From an uncultured Acidobacteriaceae bacterium (GTDB taxonomy: Bacteria > Acidobacteriota > Terriglobia > Terriglobales > Acidobacteriaceae): 64,000 bases of DNA. Positions 36,482-46,673 of this stretch are shown here, piece after piece (position 1 is the first letter of the stretch; the number at the start of each line of letters is the position of its first letter). The stretch covers positions 912,684 to 976,683 of the forward strand of contig CAWHBX010000002.1 of the NCBI GenBank assembly GCA_963827765.1. The letters are read 5' to 3'. The notes under the pieces are model-generated. The model did not search any database and was not told the origin of the DNA. It saw only the letters and a list, made by a program, of their open reading frames with translations. Position numbers and translations under genes: made by a program.

Positions 36482-37300
36482 ATGATGGCCCTGATCTGGC
36501 TGCGCGTTGCGCTGGTTTGTTACGCCGCGGGATTGCTTTATGCACTGGTCGCTCTCACCCGCACTTCCGAAATTCTCGGCAAAGTTGCGCTCCATGCCTC
36601 CTACCTCGGCATGGTGTTTCATCTCGTCTCGCTCACTGAAGCCGTCGTCCAAACCGGCCAACTCGCTTCGGCCTCGGTCCACAACTCGGAATCGCTGCTG
36701 GCCTTCCTCATTATGGTCGTCTTCATGCTCGCCTATATGGTCTACAAGACGACCACTCCCGGCATCGTGGTTTTTCCCTTGGTTTTTCTGCTGACCTTCG
36801 TGGCCGCCACCGGTCAGCAACCCCTCGTCTTCACGGCGGACGCCGTAAAGCACGGCTGGCTGCCCGCGCATATCCTGATGATTTTCACCGGATACGCGGC
36901 GCTGTTTCTCAGCTTTGGCGCCAGTATCCTCTACCTCATACAAGAACGCGCCCTGAAATCCAAGAGCTCAAGTGGTTTATTCTCGCGCCTGCCCGCTCTC
37001 CAGGTCATTGACGACATCGGATGCCGTTCTCTCCTGCTCGGTTTTCCTTTCATGACGCTGGGCTTGCTCGCAGGTTTCGTGGTCGCCGAATCTACTTACG
37101 GCCGCATCTATTTTCTCGATCCCAAAATTTTGCTTTCTGTTTTGATGTGGGTCGTCTATCTGCTGATGGTGTATATGCGCCTGACCCACGGTTGGCGCGG
37201 ACGCCGCGCCGCCCTGCTTGCCAGCCTGGCTTTTGTCGCGGCCATCGTGGCCGGACTCGCCAATTACGTCAGCACAATGCACAGGTTTGTCGCCTCATGA
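36482..37300 (+). CDS. Cytochrome c assembly family membrane protein (CcsA/HemX-like)
   Basis: Polytopic membrane protein with WLPAHILMIFTGYAALFLSF and SVLMWVVYLLMVYMRL. The stop overlaps the hemA start (ATGA). Confidence 0.7.
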   Translation: MMALIWLRVALVCYAAGLLYALVALTRTSEILGKVALHASYLGMVFHLVSLTEAVVQTGQLASASVHNSESLLAFLIMVVFMLAYMVYKTTTPGIVVFPLVFLLTFVAATGQQPLVFTADAVKHGWLPAHILMIFTGYAALFLSFGASILYLIQERALKSKSSSGLFSRLPALQVIDDIGCRSLLLGFPFMTLGLLAGFVVAESTYGRIYFLDPKILLSVLMWVVYLLMVYMRLTHGWRGRRAALLASLAFVAAIVAGLANYVSTMHRFVAS

Positions 37301-38625
37301 AATTTCAGCTCATCGGCGTCAATCACAAAACCGCGCCAGTCGAGGTGCGCGAGCGTCTGGCCATTTCCGAATCGCGCTTGCCCGAGGCCTGCAAGAAACT
37401 CGTCGAACATCCCGCCGTGGCCGAGGGCATGATTGTTTCCACCTGCAACCGTGTCGAATTTATCGCCAACATGAACAACGGCTCGGGCGACCTGCGCGAA
37501 TTCCTGCGCGATTATTTTCAGGCCGATCTCAGCCAGTTTGAAAGTCATCTCTACGAATTTCGCGAAGAGGAAGTCATCCGCCACGTTTTTCGCGTCGCCG
37601 CCAGCCTCGACTCCATGGTCGTCGGCGAGCCCCAGATCCTGGGACAGATCAAGGAAGCCTACGCCACCGCCCGCGCCGTGGGCGCGGTGCGCGCCCAGCT
37701 CGACCAGTTACTCACCCGCGCCTTTGCCGTGGCCAAACGCGTCCGCACCGAAACCGCCGTCGGATCTTCGTCGGTTTCGATCGCTTCGGTGGCCGTTGAA
37801 CTGGCCAAGAAAATTTTTGGCAGCCTGAATGGCAAGAGCGTTTACTTGGTCGGTGCCGGGAAGATGAGTGAGTTGGCGGCCCGTCATCTGCTCTCGAACG
37901 GCGCCACCTCTCTCTTTGTCGCCAACCGCACCTACGACCGCGCCATCCGGCTGGCGCAAAAATTTAACGGACAGGCCATCGAGTTTGGCCGCATTTACGA
38001 TACCTGCGACCGCGCCGATATTGTGATTACCTCGACCGGCTCGCCCCGCTTCATCTTCAAGCCAGAACACGGCGAAAAGCTCATGGCCCTGCGCCGCAAC
38101 AAGCCCATGTTCTTCATTGATATCGCCGTGCCTCGCGACGTCGATCCGGAGCTGAACAAGCTCGATGGCATTTTCGTGTATGACATTGACGATCTGCAGC
38201 AAGCCGTCATTAGCCACGTTGCCGACCGCAAGAAGGAAGCGGAAAAGGCGGAGGCCATCGTCAACGACGAGGTCGAAAAATTTCAGGCCCGCCTGCAGAC
38301 CCTCGACGTCGTCCCTACCATCGTCAGCTTGCAGGACCATCTCGAAACCATTCGTCAGGCCGAAATCGATCGCCTGCGCGGCCGCCTCGGTTCCTTGACC
38401 ACCGACCAGGAACTCGCTGTCGAGGCGCTGACTCGCGGCATCGTCAACAAGATCATGCATACCCCGATCAGTACCCTCAAAACGGCTGCCCGCGATCCCG
38501 AATCCACCACCGTCATCGAACTGGTGCGCCGCCTCTTCAACCTGCGCGACAGCAACAAAAACGAGAAGAACGCCGCTTCGAAATCCGGCTGTGGGCCGAG
38601 TTCCGATAAGGACGCGGAAAACTGA
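37297..38625 (+). CDS. hemA: Glutamyl-tRNA reductase
   Basis: [28 protein letters not shown] and [13 protein letters not shown] are present. The upstream part of ORF 37021.. is out of context. Confidence 0.92.
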   Translation: MKFQLIGVNHKTAPVEVRERLAISESRLPEACKKLVEHPAVAEGMIVSTCNRVEFIANMNNGSGDLREFLRDYFQADLSQFESHLYEFREEEVIRHVFRVAASLDSMVVGEPQILGQIKEAYATARAVGAVRAQLDQLLTRAFAVAKRVRTETAVGSSSVSIASVAVELAKKIFGSLNGKSVYLVGAGKMSELAARHLLSNGATSLFVANRTYDRAIRLAQKFNGQAIEFGRIYDTCDRADIVITSTGSPRFIFKPEHGEKLMALRRNKPMFFIDIAVPRDVDPELNKLDGIFVYDIDDLQQAVISHVADRKKEAEKAEAIVNDEVEKFQARLQTLDVVPTIVSLQDHLETIRQAEIDRLRGRLGSLTTDQELAVEALTRGIVNKIMHTPISTLKTAARDPESTTVIELVRRLFNLRDSNKNEKNAASKSGCGPSSDKDAEN

Positions 38626-39554
38626 TGGCCCGCCTGCGCATCGGCTCCCGCGGTTCCGAACTCGCTCTTTGGCAGGCCCATCATATCTCCAATCTCCTGC
38701 GCGCCCAGGGCCACACCGTAGAGCTGGAGATCATCAAGACTACCGGCGACAAGATCACCGATGTCGCGCTCGCGAAGGTCGGCACCAAGGGCATGTTCAC
38801 CAAGGAAATTGAAGAAGCCCTCCTCGAAAACCGGGTTGATCTCGCCGTACACAGCTTAAAAGATTTGCCCACCGCGTTGGCCGGCGATTTCGAAATTGCC
38901 GCTATTACCACCCGCGAAAATCCGCGCGACGTTTTTTGTTCCGTGAACTTCCCGAGCATCGAAGCGTTGCCCCAACAGGCCAAGGTTGGCACCAGCAGCC
39001 TGCGCCGTCAGGCCCAGTTGAAGGCGCTTCGTCCCGATCTTCAGATTCATCCGCTCCGCGGCAATGTGGATACGCGCCTGCGCAAGCTCGAATCCGGCGA
39101 CTACCATGCCATCATACTGGCCGCCGCCGGCCTCAATCGTCTGGGCAAAACGCAGTTGATTCGTCAGATTGTTCCTGCGGAAGTGATGACGCCCGCCGCC
39201 GGACAAGGAGCCTTGGGAATCGAGATTCGCAACGGCGACAGTGCAACGCGCTCGCTCGTTGCCTTTCTCGATGACGCTGCCGCTCGCGCCACCACCACCT
39301 GCGAACGCGCTCTGCTCAACAAACTCGGCGGCGGATGCCAGGTCCCCATTGGTGCCTTCGCCGAAATGAAGTATGAAGTAAATAATAACGACGGACGCAT
39401 TCGGCTGCAGGCGCTCGTGGCGCATCCCGATGGGACCAAAGTTCTGCGAGAAACCAGCGACGGCGACGATCCCATCCGCCTGGGCGAAGAAGTCGGTGAA
39501 ACTCTTCTCCGCCGAGGCGGCGATGTTATTCTTCAAGAAGTCTACGGAAACTAG
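38625..39554 (+). CDS. hemC: Hydroxymethylbilane synthase (porphobilinogen deaminase)
   Basis: [31 protein letters not shown] and a C-terminal GGCQVPIG. Confidence 0.92.
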   Translation: MARLRIGSRGSELALWQAHHISNLLRAQGHTVELEIIKTTGDKITDVALAKVGTKGMFTKEIEEALLENRVDLAVHSLKDLPTALAGDFEIAAITTRENPRDVFCSVNFPSIEALPQQAKVGTSSLRRQAQLKALRPDLQIHPLRGNVDTRLRKLESGDYHAIILAAAGLNRLGKTQLIRQIVPAEVMTPAAGQGALGIEIRNGDSATRSLVAFLDDAAARATTTCERALLNKLGGGCQVPIGAFAEMKYEVNNNDGRIRLQALVAHPDGTKVLRETSDGDDPIRLGEEVGETLLRRGGDVILQEVYGN

Positions 39555-39556
39555 GA

Positions 39557-39639
39557 GGCAGGTGTTAGGTGTCAGGTTTCAGACGAATTGAAACCTTGTA
39601 CCGACACCAGAGACCTAGCACCTGAGACCTGACACCTGA
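39557..39639. repeat. Hairpin with caggtgt/acacctg-type word stems between hemC and hemD
   Basis: The left arm (39557-39582) is partly complementary to the right arm (39619-39639). Confidence 0.6.
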
Positions 39640-39642
39640 TTC

Positions 39643-40452
39643 ATGAAACCCAACGAAAAACATCCTCTCGCCGGAACCAGGATTCTCGTGGGACGCGCCC
39701 GCCATCAGGCCGACAGCCTTTCCGCCAGCCTGCGCAGCTTGGGCGCGTCGGTCATCGAAATCCCCTTCATCGAGATCCGCAAACCGCAATCGTACCAACC
39801 GCTCGACCATGCTCTGAAAAATATCGCGAGTTACGACTGGCTCATACTCACCAGCGTCAACGGCGTCGAAGCCATGTGGGAGCGTCTCCGGAAGCTTCGC
39901 ATCCCGCGCCGGAATCTCAAGCATCTCCAGACCGCTGCCATCGGCCCGGCAACCAAGAAGGCGATCGTCAAGCATGGCCTCAAGGTCAAGATGGTTCCCG
40001 AGGAGTATGTCGCCGAGTCGGTAGTGAAGGGACTGCGCGATAAGGTGAACGGCAAGCGCGTCGTGCTGATACGGGCTAAAGTCGCGCGCGACGTGATCCC
40101 TGAGGAGCTGCGCGCCGCCGGAGCTCAAGTCGATGTGATCGAAGCCTACGAAACCGTGGCGCCTGAGAAATCCCGCGCGCGTCTGCGCGCGCTACTGCTC
40201 ATGAAAAATGCGGCCCGTCGCCCGCACATCGTGACCTTTACCAGTTCATCCAGCGCGAGGAATTTTGTCGAACTGCTCGGCAAGTTCAAGGCAGTTGAAC
40301 TCAGAGATGTCCGGTTTGCTTCGATTGGTCCCGTGACTTCGGCGACACTGCGGGAATTACAACTGCCAGTTGCCATCGAGGCCCGCGAATTCACCATGGG
40401 CGGACTGATCCGAGCGATTGTTCTCGCCCGCTACGCGGAACCTTCCCCGTAA
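39643..40452 (+). CDS. hemD: Uroporphyrinogen-III synthase
   Basis: HemD-like fold signature (ILVGRARHQADSLSASLRSLGASVIEIPFIEI...FTSSSSARNFVELL). Position after hemC supports the call. Confidence 0.8.
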   Translation: MKPNEKHPLAGTRILVGRARHQADSLSASLRSLGASVIEIPFIEIRKPQSYQPLDHALKNIASYDWLILTSVNGVEAMWERLRKLRIPRRNLKHLQTAAIGPATKKAIVKHGLKVKMVPEEYVAESVVKGLRDKVNGKRVVLIRAKVARDVIPEELRAAGAQVDVIEAYETVAPEKSRARLRALLLMKNAARRPHIVTFTSSSSARNFVELLGKFKAVELRDVRFASIGPVTSATLRELQLPVAIEAREFTMGGLIRAIVLARYAEPSP

Positions 40453-40494
40453 TTCTCCCCATAGTCCAATGAATAATGAATAGCGCGAAAAAAT

Positions 40495-41166
40495 CTACTC
40501 GGGCTTCAGCCCTGAGACTCCCCTCGGCGGGTCAATCGCGTCCAGGTAGGCCTGCATGTGTTCCTTGGTGCTCTGGGGCATGCCGGTGAACTCGATTCCA
40601 TTGCCCACGCCGGGATCGCACGTTCGCACCACCGCCGTGATATTGATGTGTTCCGACTCCAGCCAGAAATCCACCCGCAGCACGGTTCCGAGCGGCAAAG
40701 GCATCATGCTCTCGACGTAACATCCATTGCCGCTCACGTCGGTCGCATTGATGCGGATCGGCGCGTTGACGCGCTCGTCGCGAAGTTCGATGGGAAGCGA
40801 TATCTTATGCCGGTGATAGCGCCGCCGGTTGGAGTCCGAAATCTTCACCGTCGCGCCATCCAGCGACAGATAGTTTTTCCATGGACACTCCTGCTCGGCG
40901 ACCAACTTTATTCCCACTTGATTCTTCTTGGAGGGACCGGTGTTCACCACCCAGACCACCGTGCAGCGCGTCTTCCTATCCTCGCATTGCACTCCAATCA
41001 TGTCGCCGACTTTCAGGTCACTCTCGACGCCCGAGAGCAGCGCGCCCTCCGAACTGATGTTCTGAGCGCGAGCGTGCTGGGAAAAGGGACGTCCCTCGGC
41101 GTTCATTCCCCATATCCTCACCGGCAGATCCACGGTAAGACGAGGTTCGCTTTGATGGCCGTTCAT
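40495..41166 (-). CDS. PilZ domain protein (two PilZ-like modules)
   Basis: RRYHRHKISLPIELRD plus NATDVSGNGCYVES, and a first module with AQNISSEGALLSG. Confidence 0.7.
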   Translation of the reverse strand: MNGHQSEPRLTVDLPVRIWGMNAEGRPFSQHARAQNISSEGALLSGVESDLKVGDMIGVQCEDRKTRCTVVWVVNTGPSKKNQVGIKLVAEQECPWKNYLSLDGATVKISDSNRRRYHRHKISLPIELRDERVNAPIRINATDVSGNGCYVESMMPLPLGTVLRVDFWLESEHINITAVVRTCDPGVGNGIEFTGMPQSTKEHMQAYLDAIDPPRGVSGLKPE

Positions 41167-41282
41167 GCCTTATCCTCGCATCCAATTCAAATGATGATAC
41201 CGTCCTCTGGCGCACCGCGATAATGCAACTTTGGCTGGCTAGTAACGAATTAAGCACCGCTTTGGCGCCCGCTCATCGTCCC

Positions 41283-42209
41283 TCATGGGCATTCTACCGC
41301 AAACTTCTCCGCGAACTCTCGATAACCGATGAGCCGGATCTTCTGCTCCTCCAGAAACTGCCGCAGTTCCGTCGAAATCAGCAGACGCCGTTCCTCCTCG
41401 CGAGAATCGAGCAAACGCGTGCGCGCCGCGCGTAAGTCGGCGTCGTTGTAACCCGGATGACAGACTAACTCCCATGTTCCCTCCGGCAGGCCGGCGAGCG
41501 CCTGGCGCAGCAGGGAGCTATAGCCGGAACTCTTACCATGACTATCGCCCAACCCGGTTTCGATCACTCCAATCGTGCCGTCGGGCGTAAGCACTCCGGC
41601 GCGCTTCGTCCGCTCGTGAAATTGACCGGAGAAGCTGCGCAGCACGCGTACCTGGCCATATCGCTTCCAGAGATTTCGCTGGCCTCTGAATCGCCGTGCG
41701 GGCATCGCTTCTAGCGGAACGAAGGGATTCCGGATGGCGCGCACGCCGCAAATCCGCGCCGCCCGCAGCAGCGCGACCAGCACGGTGGGAAAGATGTGGG
41801 CGTGTTTGTGCGTATCGAGGTGGGTAACCACCAGACCGGTGGATTGAATTTTCCGTATCTGCGCCGTGATTTCCGCGACCAGTTCGTCGGGATCGAAGCC
41901 TCCCAACATGGCGCGCGCCGCGAAGGCCGAAAGACTGGAGTAGAACCTTCCCGGCTCCGCCGAGCGGATCGCCAGCAACGTATCCACCGTGCCTGGTGGC
42001 GACACCGGCGATCCATCCACCAATACCACGTGGCATCCCACCGAAAGATTCGGGGCCGAGCGCGCCGCCTTCACCGCGTCCTCGAACTGCGCGCCGTTGG
42101 CCATCAAGGTGGCCGACGAAACGACGCCGCTGCAGTGGGTTTCCACAATGGCCCGATTGACTCCAGCGGTCAGACCTAAATCATCGGCGTTGACGATGAG
42201 TTGTCGCAC
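41283..42209 (-). CDS. ChbG/HpnK (YdjC) family carbohydrate deacetylase
   Basis: MRQLIVNADDLGLTAGVNRAIVETH and THLDTHKHAH are present. Confidence 0.8.
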   Translation of the reverse strand: MRQLIVNADDLGLTAGVNRAIVETHCSGVVSSATLMANGAQFEDAVKAARSAPNLSVGCHVVLVDGSPVSPPGTVDTLLAIRSAEPGRFYSSLSAFAARAMLGGFDPDELVAEITAQIRKIQSTGLVVTHLDTHKHAHIFPTVLVALLRAARICGVRAIRNPFVPLEAMPARRFRGQRNLWKRYGQVRVLRSFSGQFHERTKRAGVLTPDGTIGVIETGLGDSHGKSSGYSSLLRQALAGLPEGTWELVCHPGYNDADLRAARTRLLDSREEERRLLISTELRQFLEEQKIRLIGYREFAEKFAVECP

Positions 42210-42332
42210 ACAGAAAGTGTAGCAGCACTGGTTTGACCAGCAAGGGAAGCGTCCAGTATTCTCTAGCTAAGTATTGCGAAAGTTTTTTAGCGAAGCGGCG
42301 GGACCGCGCCGCGTTCGCATTCGCCGCCGAGC

Positions 42333-42409
42333 GGGCGGTTAGCTCAGTTGGTTAGAGCGCCTGCCTTACAAGCAGGAGGTCGCAGGTTCGAGTCCTGCAC
42401 TGCCCACCA
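42333..42409 (+). tRNA. tRNA-Val (anticodon UAC), encoded CCA
   Basis: Hand-folded: GGGCGGT acceptor, TAGCTCAGTTGGTTAGAGC D-arm, anticodon stem cctgc/gcagg with loop cTTACAa, GGTTCGAGTCC T-arm. Confidence 0.9.
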
Positions 42410-42470
42410 TCTCCGGTCTCAGTTCTCAGATCGAGCGAGATTTCTGTGGGCGATTTGCGTTGCCTTTTGC

Positions 42471-42640
42471 CTATTGACTCTTAAGGTATTGACCAACTAG
42501 TAGAGTGGGGTACCCCCCTCCCCCCCGGTCTATTGGAATCATAGGGTTAGCTCGCGACCCCATTGTAAAATATAGATTCCAGGCTGGTTATCCGTAAAAT
42601 CTAGACAACATTGGAGTTAGTGGCCATTTTTTCGGGGCGG
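42471..42640. repeat. Left inverted-repeat module (AT-rich, GC-hairpin core at 42491-42541)
   Basis: The reverse complement of 52793-52845 aligns to 42491-42541 at roughly 80 percent by hand. Weaker similarity continues inward. Confidence 0.7.
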
Positions 42641-42750
42641 AGTTGGGCTGGGTCTTGAAAACAAAGGAGTTACGACTTATTAGGTCGCGCAAAATCTAGA
42701 TTTCAAAGAACTTAGATCCAAATACGGTCACGGCCACGTTTGGCTGTAGG

Positions 42751-42885
42751 CTAGAACTGGTCTCATAAATGGTTCTCCGATCAGACTGTGCATCCCTCAG
42801 GGGCTAAAGCCCGCATTTTTATTGGCCGGTAGTGGCACGGCTGAAGCCGTGCCCTTCCCAAAACCATTTATGAGACCGGTTCTAG
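42751..42885. mobile_element. MITE-like element: 24-nt terminal inverted repeats around two small GC hairpins
   Basis: ctagaactggtctcataaatggtt (42751-42774) compared with aaccatttatgagaccggttctag (42862-42885), with one mismatch. Confidence 0.6.
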
Positions 42886-42980
42886 TTTTATTATAGTCGC
42901 CGATGTCAAATGGGGGAATGGCGGTGGGGCTGGAGAGGGCGCGATTGTCGCACAGCATACAAGTCGCGTTGAAATGGATT

Positions 42981-43005
42981 GGGGCGCGGAAGCAGTCCGC
43001 GCCCC
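42981..43005 (-). terminator. Stem-loop downstream of the S53 peptidase gene
   Basis: ggggcgcgga agcag tccgcgcccc. It lies 36 nt after the stop on the minus strand. Confidence 0.55.
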
Positions 43006-43040
43006 AGCTTACAAATCGGCCAACCACAAGAACATTGTCC

Positions 43041-46000
43041 CTACTGCACGACCATCGTCGTTACTGGAGTTGAGTTCACCGCCGTCGGGCCTTCGGTTGC
43101 GGTCACGGTGACAGTGTATGTGTTCGGCAGAGTTGTCGGTGACAGGGCTATCGAAGCGGTGCCTGACTTGTCCGTCTGGGCCACGGAGGTTGCTTTGATG
43201 GTTACCGGGGACGTCAGCGAACCGGATACCGTCGGAGCTGTGAACAGGCCAGTAGCATCAATCGAACCTTCGGATGCAGTCCATGTGACTCCCTTGTTGG
43301 AGGAGTCGTTGGTGAGGGTCGCGGTAAACTGAGCCGTTTGACTCGGCCAGCCGGAATTGTTGGGGAAAATGCTCGCCGGGCCGCTGACCGCGACGGTGAT
43401 GGGTTTCGAACTGCTTCCGCCGCAAGCTAGCATGAACCCGAAAAGCGCGAGCGAAAAACAGAAGAGGGCGATCGCCGAACGCTTCGATACTCTTCGGCTG
43501 ACTTTCCCGCGCATGAGTCCCAGCATCACGAAGCCCGCGATAGGCAGCGTCAGCGCGAGCCACGGAGAGCGGTTGTCCGCTCGGTGGCGCAATTGCGAGC
43601 CCGTTCCGGTGTTCGGGCCTGCGGTTGTTATGGTCATTGAAACCGTAGTTGCGCTGGACGTGTCTGCCGCAATCGTCGGCGGATTGAAGACGCAACTGCT
43701 GTTCGTCAGGGTCGGGTCAGTGGGAGAGAAGCTGCAACTAAAAATCACCGTGCTGGTGAATGCGGGCGACGAGGCTGGAGTGGTTGGAGTGGCGAGGAAG
43801 GTATAAGGCACAGTCGTCTGAGTCGTCTGTCCCGCCAAAACTGTATGCGAAGAGGGGCCATTGCTAACGAAGGTGAAGTTGGGTGCCGTGACATTCACGA
43901 GCGCGGGCGAGGCGGTTGTGTCGGCTGACGTGTTGTTGGCGTCGCCGGGGTAGTAAGCGTTAATGTTGTCGGCACTGATTGGAAGAGAGGCCACGGATTC
44001 GTTCGCGGATGACAACGACAAGGTGGCGACACCGCTGCTGTTTAGAAATGCAGTGCCGAGGGAACTCGGAGCGCCGGTAACGTAGAAGGTCACTTTCCCA
44101 ACCGCTGTCGTCGGAGACGTCACCGTTGCCGTCAGCGTTAAGCTCTGACCAAATACGATGCTGCTCGCAGAAGCTCCGATGGTGACGGTGGGCGTGGCCC
44201 TCGATGCGTTCCAGGCGACGGCGAGTTTGTAGGCATCCACCGAGCCGAGGCCGGTGACCAGGTTGTAATTGGTGGTTGGGTCAGCGTCATAGGCATTGAA
44301 GCCCAGGAAGCCCGCATTCGCGCCAGAGCTGGGGCACTGTAGCGCAGATGGCCACGGGTCCCCGCTGACTCCCGAGGGGGTACCTTCCGTACACCACGCG
44401 CCATTTGAATAAGAGCCGCTTGTCCCGGTAATGACGGGATGGAAAGCGTGGTTGGTGGAGTTCGCCGCAGCGAGATTGTAGAGAGTCAAGTTGATGTTGC
44501 CGAGGCCCCCGGTTGCTCTGAGATACTGATTGAGCAGGGTCACCATGCCAGCAAAAACTGGCGTGGAAACTGAGGTGCCGCCAAAGATGGAGCAAGGCCC
44601 CGTTTGTGCGAAGCAGGCGTTGAGCATATCCGAAATGCCCGTGCTAGGGGAGTCGCAAACACTGCCGGCGCCGGTCCCACCGAGCGCAGCCTCCTGCGTG
44701 CAAATGAGATAGCCGGGGAAGTTCGGAGAGGCCAACAGGGAGACGTCGGGTGAATAACGTGCCGGAGTACTCGTCGTCATGCCGAAACCGCTGGGGTTGA
44801 TTGCGCTTGCGCTGATGCCAGACTGCCAGGAGGGTTGCGGGAAGCCATCTGTACAAACGCCGTTGTCGTCGATTGTGAAACAGTTGCTGACGCCACCGCC
44901 GCCGGCAGAAATGCCGAGGGCTGTTTGCGCACTCGCCCAGCTATCGACTCCGGCGACTCCGTTGAGGGTGCAGGGACTCGAGGGCGTGCAGAGCAGGCCG
45001 AATTCCTCGGCGTCGTTCCAGGGTTGCTCGGTAATATAGCCTTTCGCGGAAGCGCCGCCGCTGCCGTTGGATAAGTTCCAGAATGAGGAGCTGTACTCGT
45101 TAGGGTTGATGGCAGGGATTGACGTGCCGCCAACTCCGGTGACGTACTGGCTACTGGCGGGATAGGCGACCGCGTATCCGTTCTCTGCGAGGTTAACCCC
45201 GTAGTCGCACTCGGCCGCACCGGTATCGCCCGCGGAGTTCAAAAAAGTGATGCCATAGAGGTTGGCCGCTTGCAGTTCCGCCTCATCGGAGGTGAAGGTT
45301 CCTTCGCCGGTTCCTGTATGCCCATCATTGAAGAGTTCGCAGGGAGACGTATAGCTCATGGTGATGACGGGCGCGACAGTGTTGTCAACCGCGTAGTACC
45401 AAGAGTCCCAGACGCCACCGCCGTTGAAATCGGTGGCAGTGACAAAGATGACCTGGGCTTTGGGGGCAGTAGCGCCAGACCATTCGAGATCGAGGTCGGC
45501 TTCGGGCAAATCGTCGTAGCCGTTTGGATCGTCATAGATGGTCTCAGCGCTACCGTTCACGAGGATGTACTTAAAGTTGGAGGTGTCGCAGGCGGTGATG
45601 ATGTCGGTGGTGGTAGTGCAGCTGATTGCCGAAAGGCCGAAGTTTTGGCGGAAGTTGGTCAAGTCGCTCTGGTAAATCCCGGTCTGGCCCATGACGGCGA
45701 GTGATTGCCCGGTACCGTCCAAACTGGTTTGAAGGGTGCCGACGTCGTAGATGGCGGCAATGTCGCCCGGAGCCAAAAAGAAATAATTATTCCCTTTGTA
45801 GGCAAACGTGTAGGCCGGCTCGCCGCGCCGGGCCTGCGATTTCGGACGGAAATTGCTCAATCCGCGAATTCCGGTCACGACGCCGGAGAGCGCGGCGGGA
45901 ATCGAGGGCGCGGTAGTGTTGGAGAAGTGCTTCTCTCCGTTGACATCGAAGTTGTGAATCTCGGTCTGGAAAGCGCTCTCAGCTTGGGCTGCGGTCCCGC

Positions 46001-46481
46001 TGAAAACGATAAAGTTGCGGGCGCGCGCAACCCGGACAATGGTAAACCCCTGTGACTGGAGCCATGCGGTGAGCTTCTGAATGTCGTTGGGGCTGAGACC
46101 GAAGCGGTCCGCATATTGCTCGGGTGTGAGCCACTTGTGATAGAGCGGTGAGCGGGGATCCTGTTGTTGCGCCAGAAGCTGGTCCATGGCCTTCTGTTGG
46201 CTGGCCGAGGGCACGGTGAGCAGCGTGATGTAGCCGAGCTTGAGTGACGGATCGACGCGGCCCTGGTCGAACTGCGGCTGAGCCTTCAGAGGAACGCCCG
46301 CCGAAAGCTTGACGAGTTGTTGAGCAACGACAGGGCCAGCGATGCGGTCGGGCGCGGCGGCGAAGACGAGAGTGGAAAAGATCAGGACGCAGAAGATGAG
46401 CGTCGAGAGTTTGGATGTGGAAAAGCTGGATGACAACAGACAGGCCGAGGACGAACGTCGCATGGTCACTCCGTGGTGCAA
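43041..46481 (-). CDS. S53 (sedolisin/kumamolisin) family serine peptidase with Ig-like repeats, an internal TM hairpin and a C-terminal Big_2-like domain
   Basis: Pro-kumamolisin activation domain (PLYHKWLTPEQYADRFGLSPNDIQKLTAWLQSQGF). Catalytic-Ser motif GGTSVSTPVFAG. Ig-like repeat region. VTWTASEGSIDATGLFTAP. Confidence 0.85.
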   Translation of the reverse strand: MHHGVTMRRSSSACLLSSSFSTSKLSTLIFCVLIFSTLVFAAAPDRIAGPVVAQQLVKLSAGVPLKAQPQFDQGRVDPSLKLGYITLLTVPSASQQKAMDQLLAQQQDPRSPLYHKWLTPEQYADRFGLSPNDIQKLTAWLQSQGFTIVRVARARNFIVFSGTAAQAESAFQTEIHNFDVNGEKHFSNTTAPSIPAALSGVVTGIRGLSNFRPKSQARRGEPAYTFAYKGNNYFFLAPGDIAAIYDVGTLQTSLDGTGQSLAVMGQTGIYQSDLTNFRQNFGLSAISCTTTTDIITACDTSNFKYILVNGSAETIYDDPNGYDDLPEADLDLEWSGATAPKAQVIFVTATDFNGGGVWDSWYYAVDNTVAPVITMSYTSPCELFNDGHTGTGEGTFTSDEAELQAANLYGITFLNSAGDTGAAECDYGVNLAENGYAVAYPASSQYVTGVGGTSIPAINPNEYSSSFWNLSNGSGGASAKGYITEQPWNDAEEFGLLCTPSSPCTLNGVAGVDSWASAQTALGISAGGGGVSNCFTIDDNGVCTDGFPQPSWQSGISASAINPSGFGMTTSTPARYSPDVSLLASPNFPGYLICTQEAALGGTGAGSVCDSPSTGISDMLNACFAQTGPCSIFGGTSVSTPVFAGMVTLLNQYLRATGGLGNINLTLYNLAAANSTNHAFHPVITGTSGSYSNGAWCTEGTPSGVSGDPWPSALQCPSSGANAGFLGFNAYDADPTTNYNLVTGLGSVDAYKLAVAWNASRATPTVTIGASASSIVFGQSLTLTATVTSPTTAVGKVTFYVTGAPSSLGTAFLNSSGVATLSLSSANESVASLPISADNINAYYPGDANNTSADTTASPALVNVTAPNFTFVSNGPSSHTVLAGQTTQTTVPYTFLATPTTPASSPAFTSTVIFSCSFSPTDPTLTNSSCVFNPPTIAADTSSATTVSMTITTAGPNTGTGSQLRHRADNRSPWLALTLPIAGFVMLGLMRGKVSRRVSKRSAIALFCFSLALFGFMLACGGSSSKPITVAVSGPASIFPNNSGWPSQTAQFTATLTNDSSNKGVTWTASEGSIDATGLFTAPTVSGSLTSPVTIKATSVAQTDKSGTASIALSPTTLPNTYTVTVTATEGPTAVNSTPVTTMVVQ

Positions 46482-46673
46482 AAGGATTGTGGGGAACCTG
46501 GAAGCATTATCAATGTTTCCTGCATGTCAGATCAAGTTATTCTTCGGGGGGTTGTACGGCGGGAAACTGTTTAGTTAGTCCTTGTACCAAAGTTACATTG
46601 ATTCCGCGTCGGCGGCTGGCGGACCGGAGCGGCATTCGAGTCCGGAGCGGTGTGCGGGCAACACTCTCAAAAC

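Noticed and set aside
37021-37296. Upstream extension of the hemA ORF
   Set aside because: It overlaps the 3' end of the CcsA-like gene. HemA proteins begin at MKxxxIGxNHKTAP, which matches the ATG at 37297 that overlaps the upstream stop.
42444-42451. TGTGGGCG, identical to the terminal octamer of Tn7 ends, just left of the inverted-repeat module
   Set aside because: No matching CGCCCACA lies at the other boundary. The hand alignment shows the similarity between the two modules only starts near 42471. There are no tnsABC-like genes. It is treated as a chance match.
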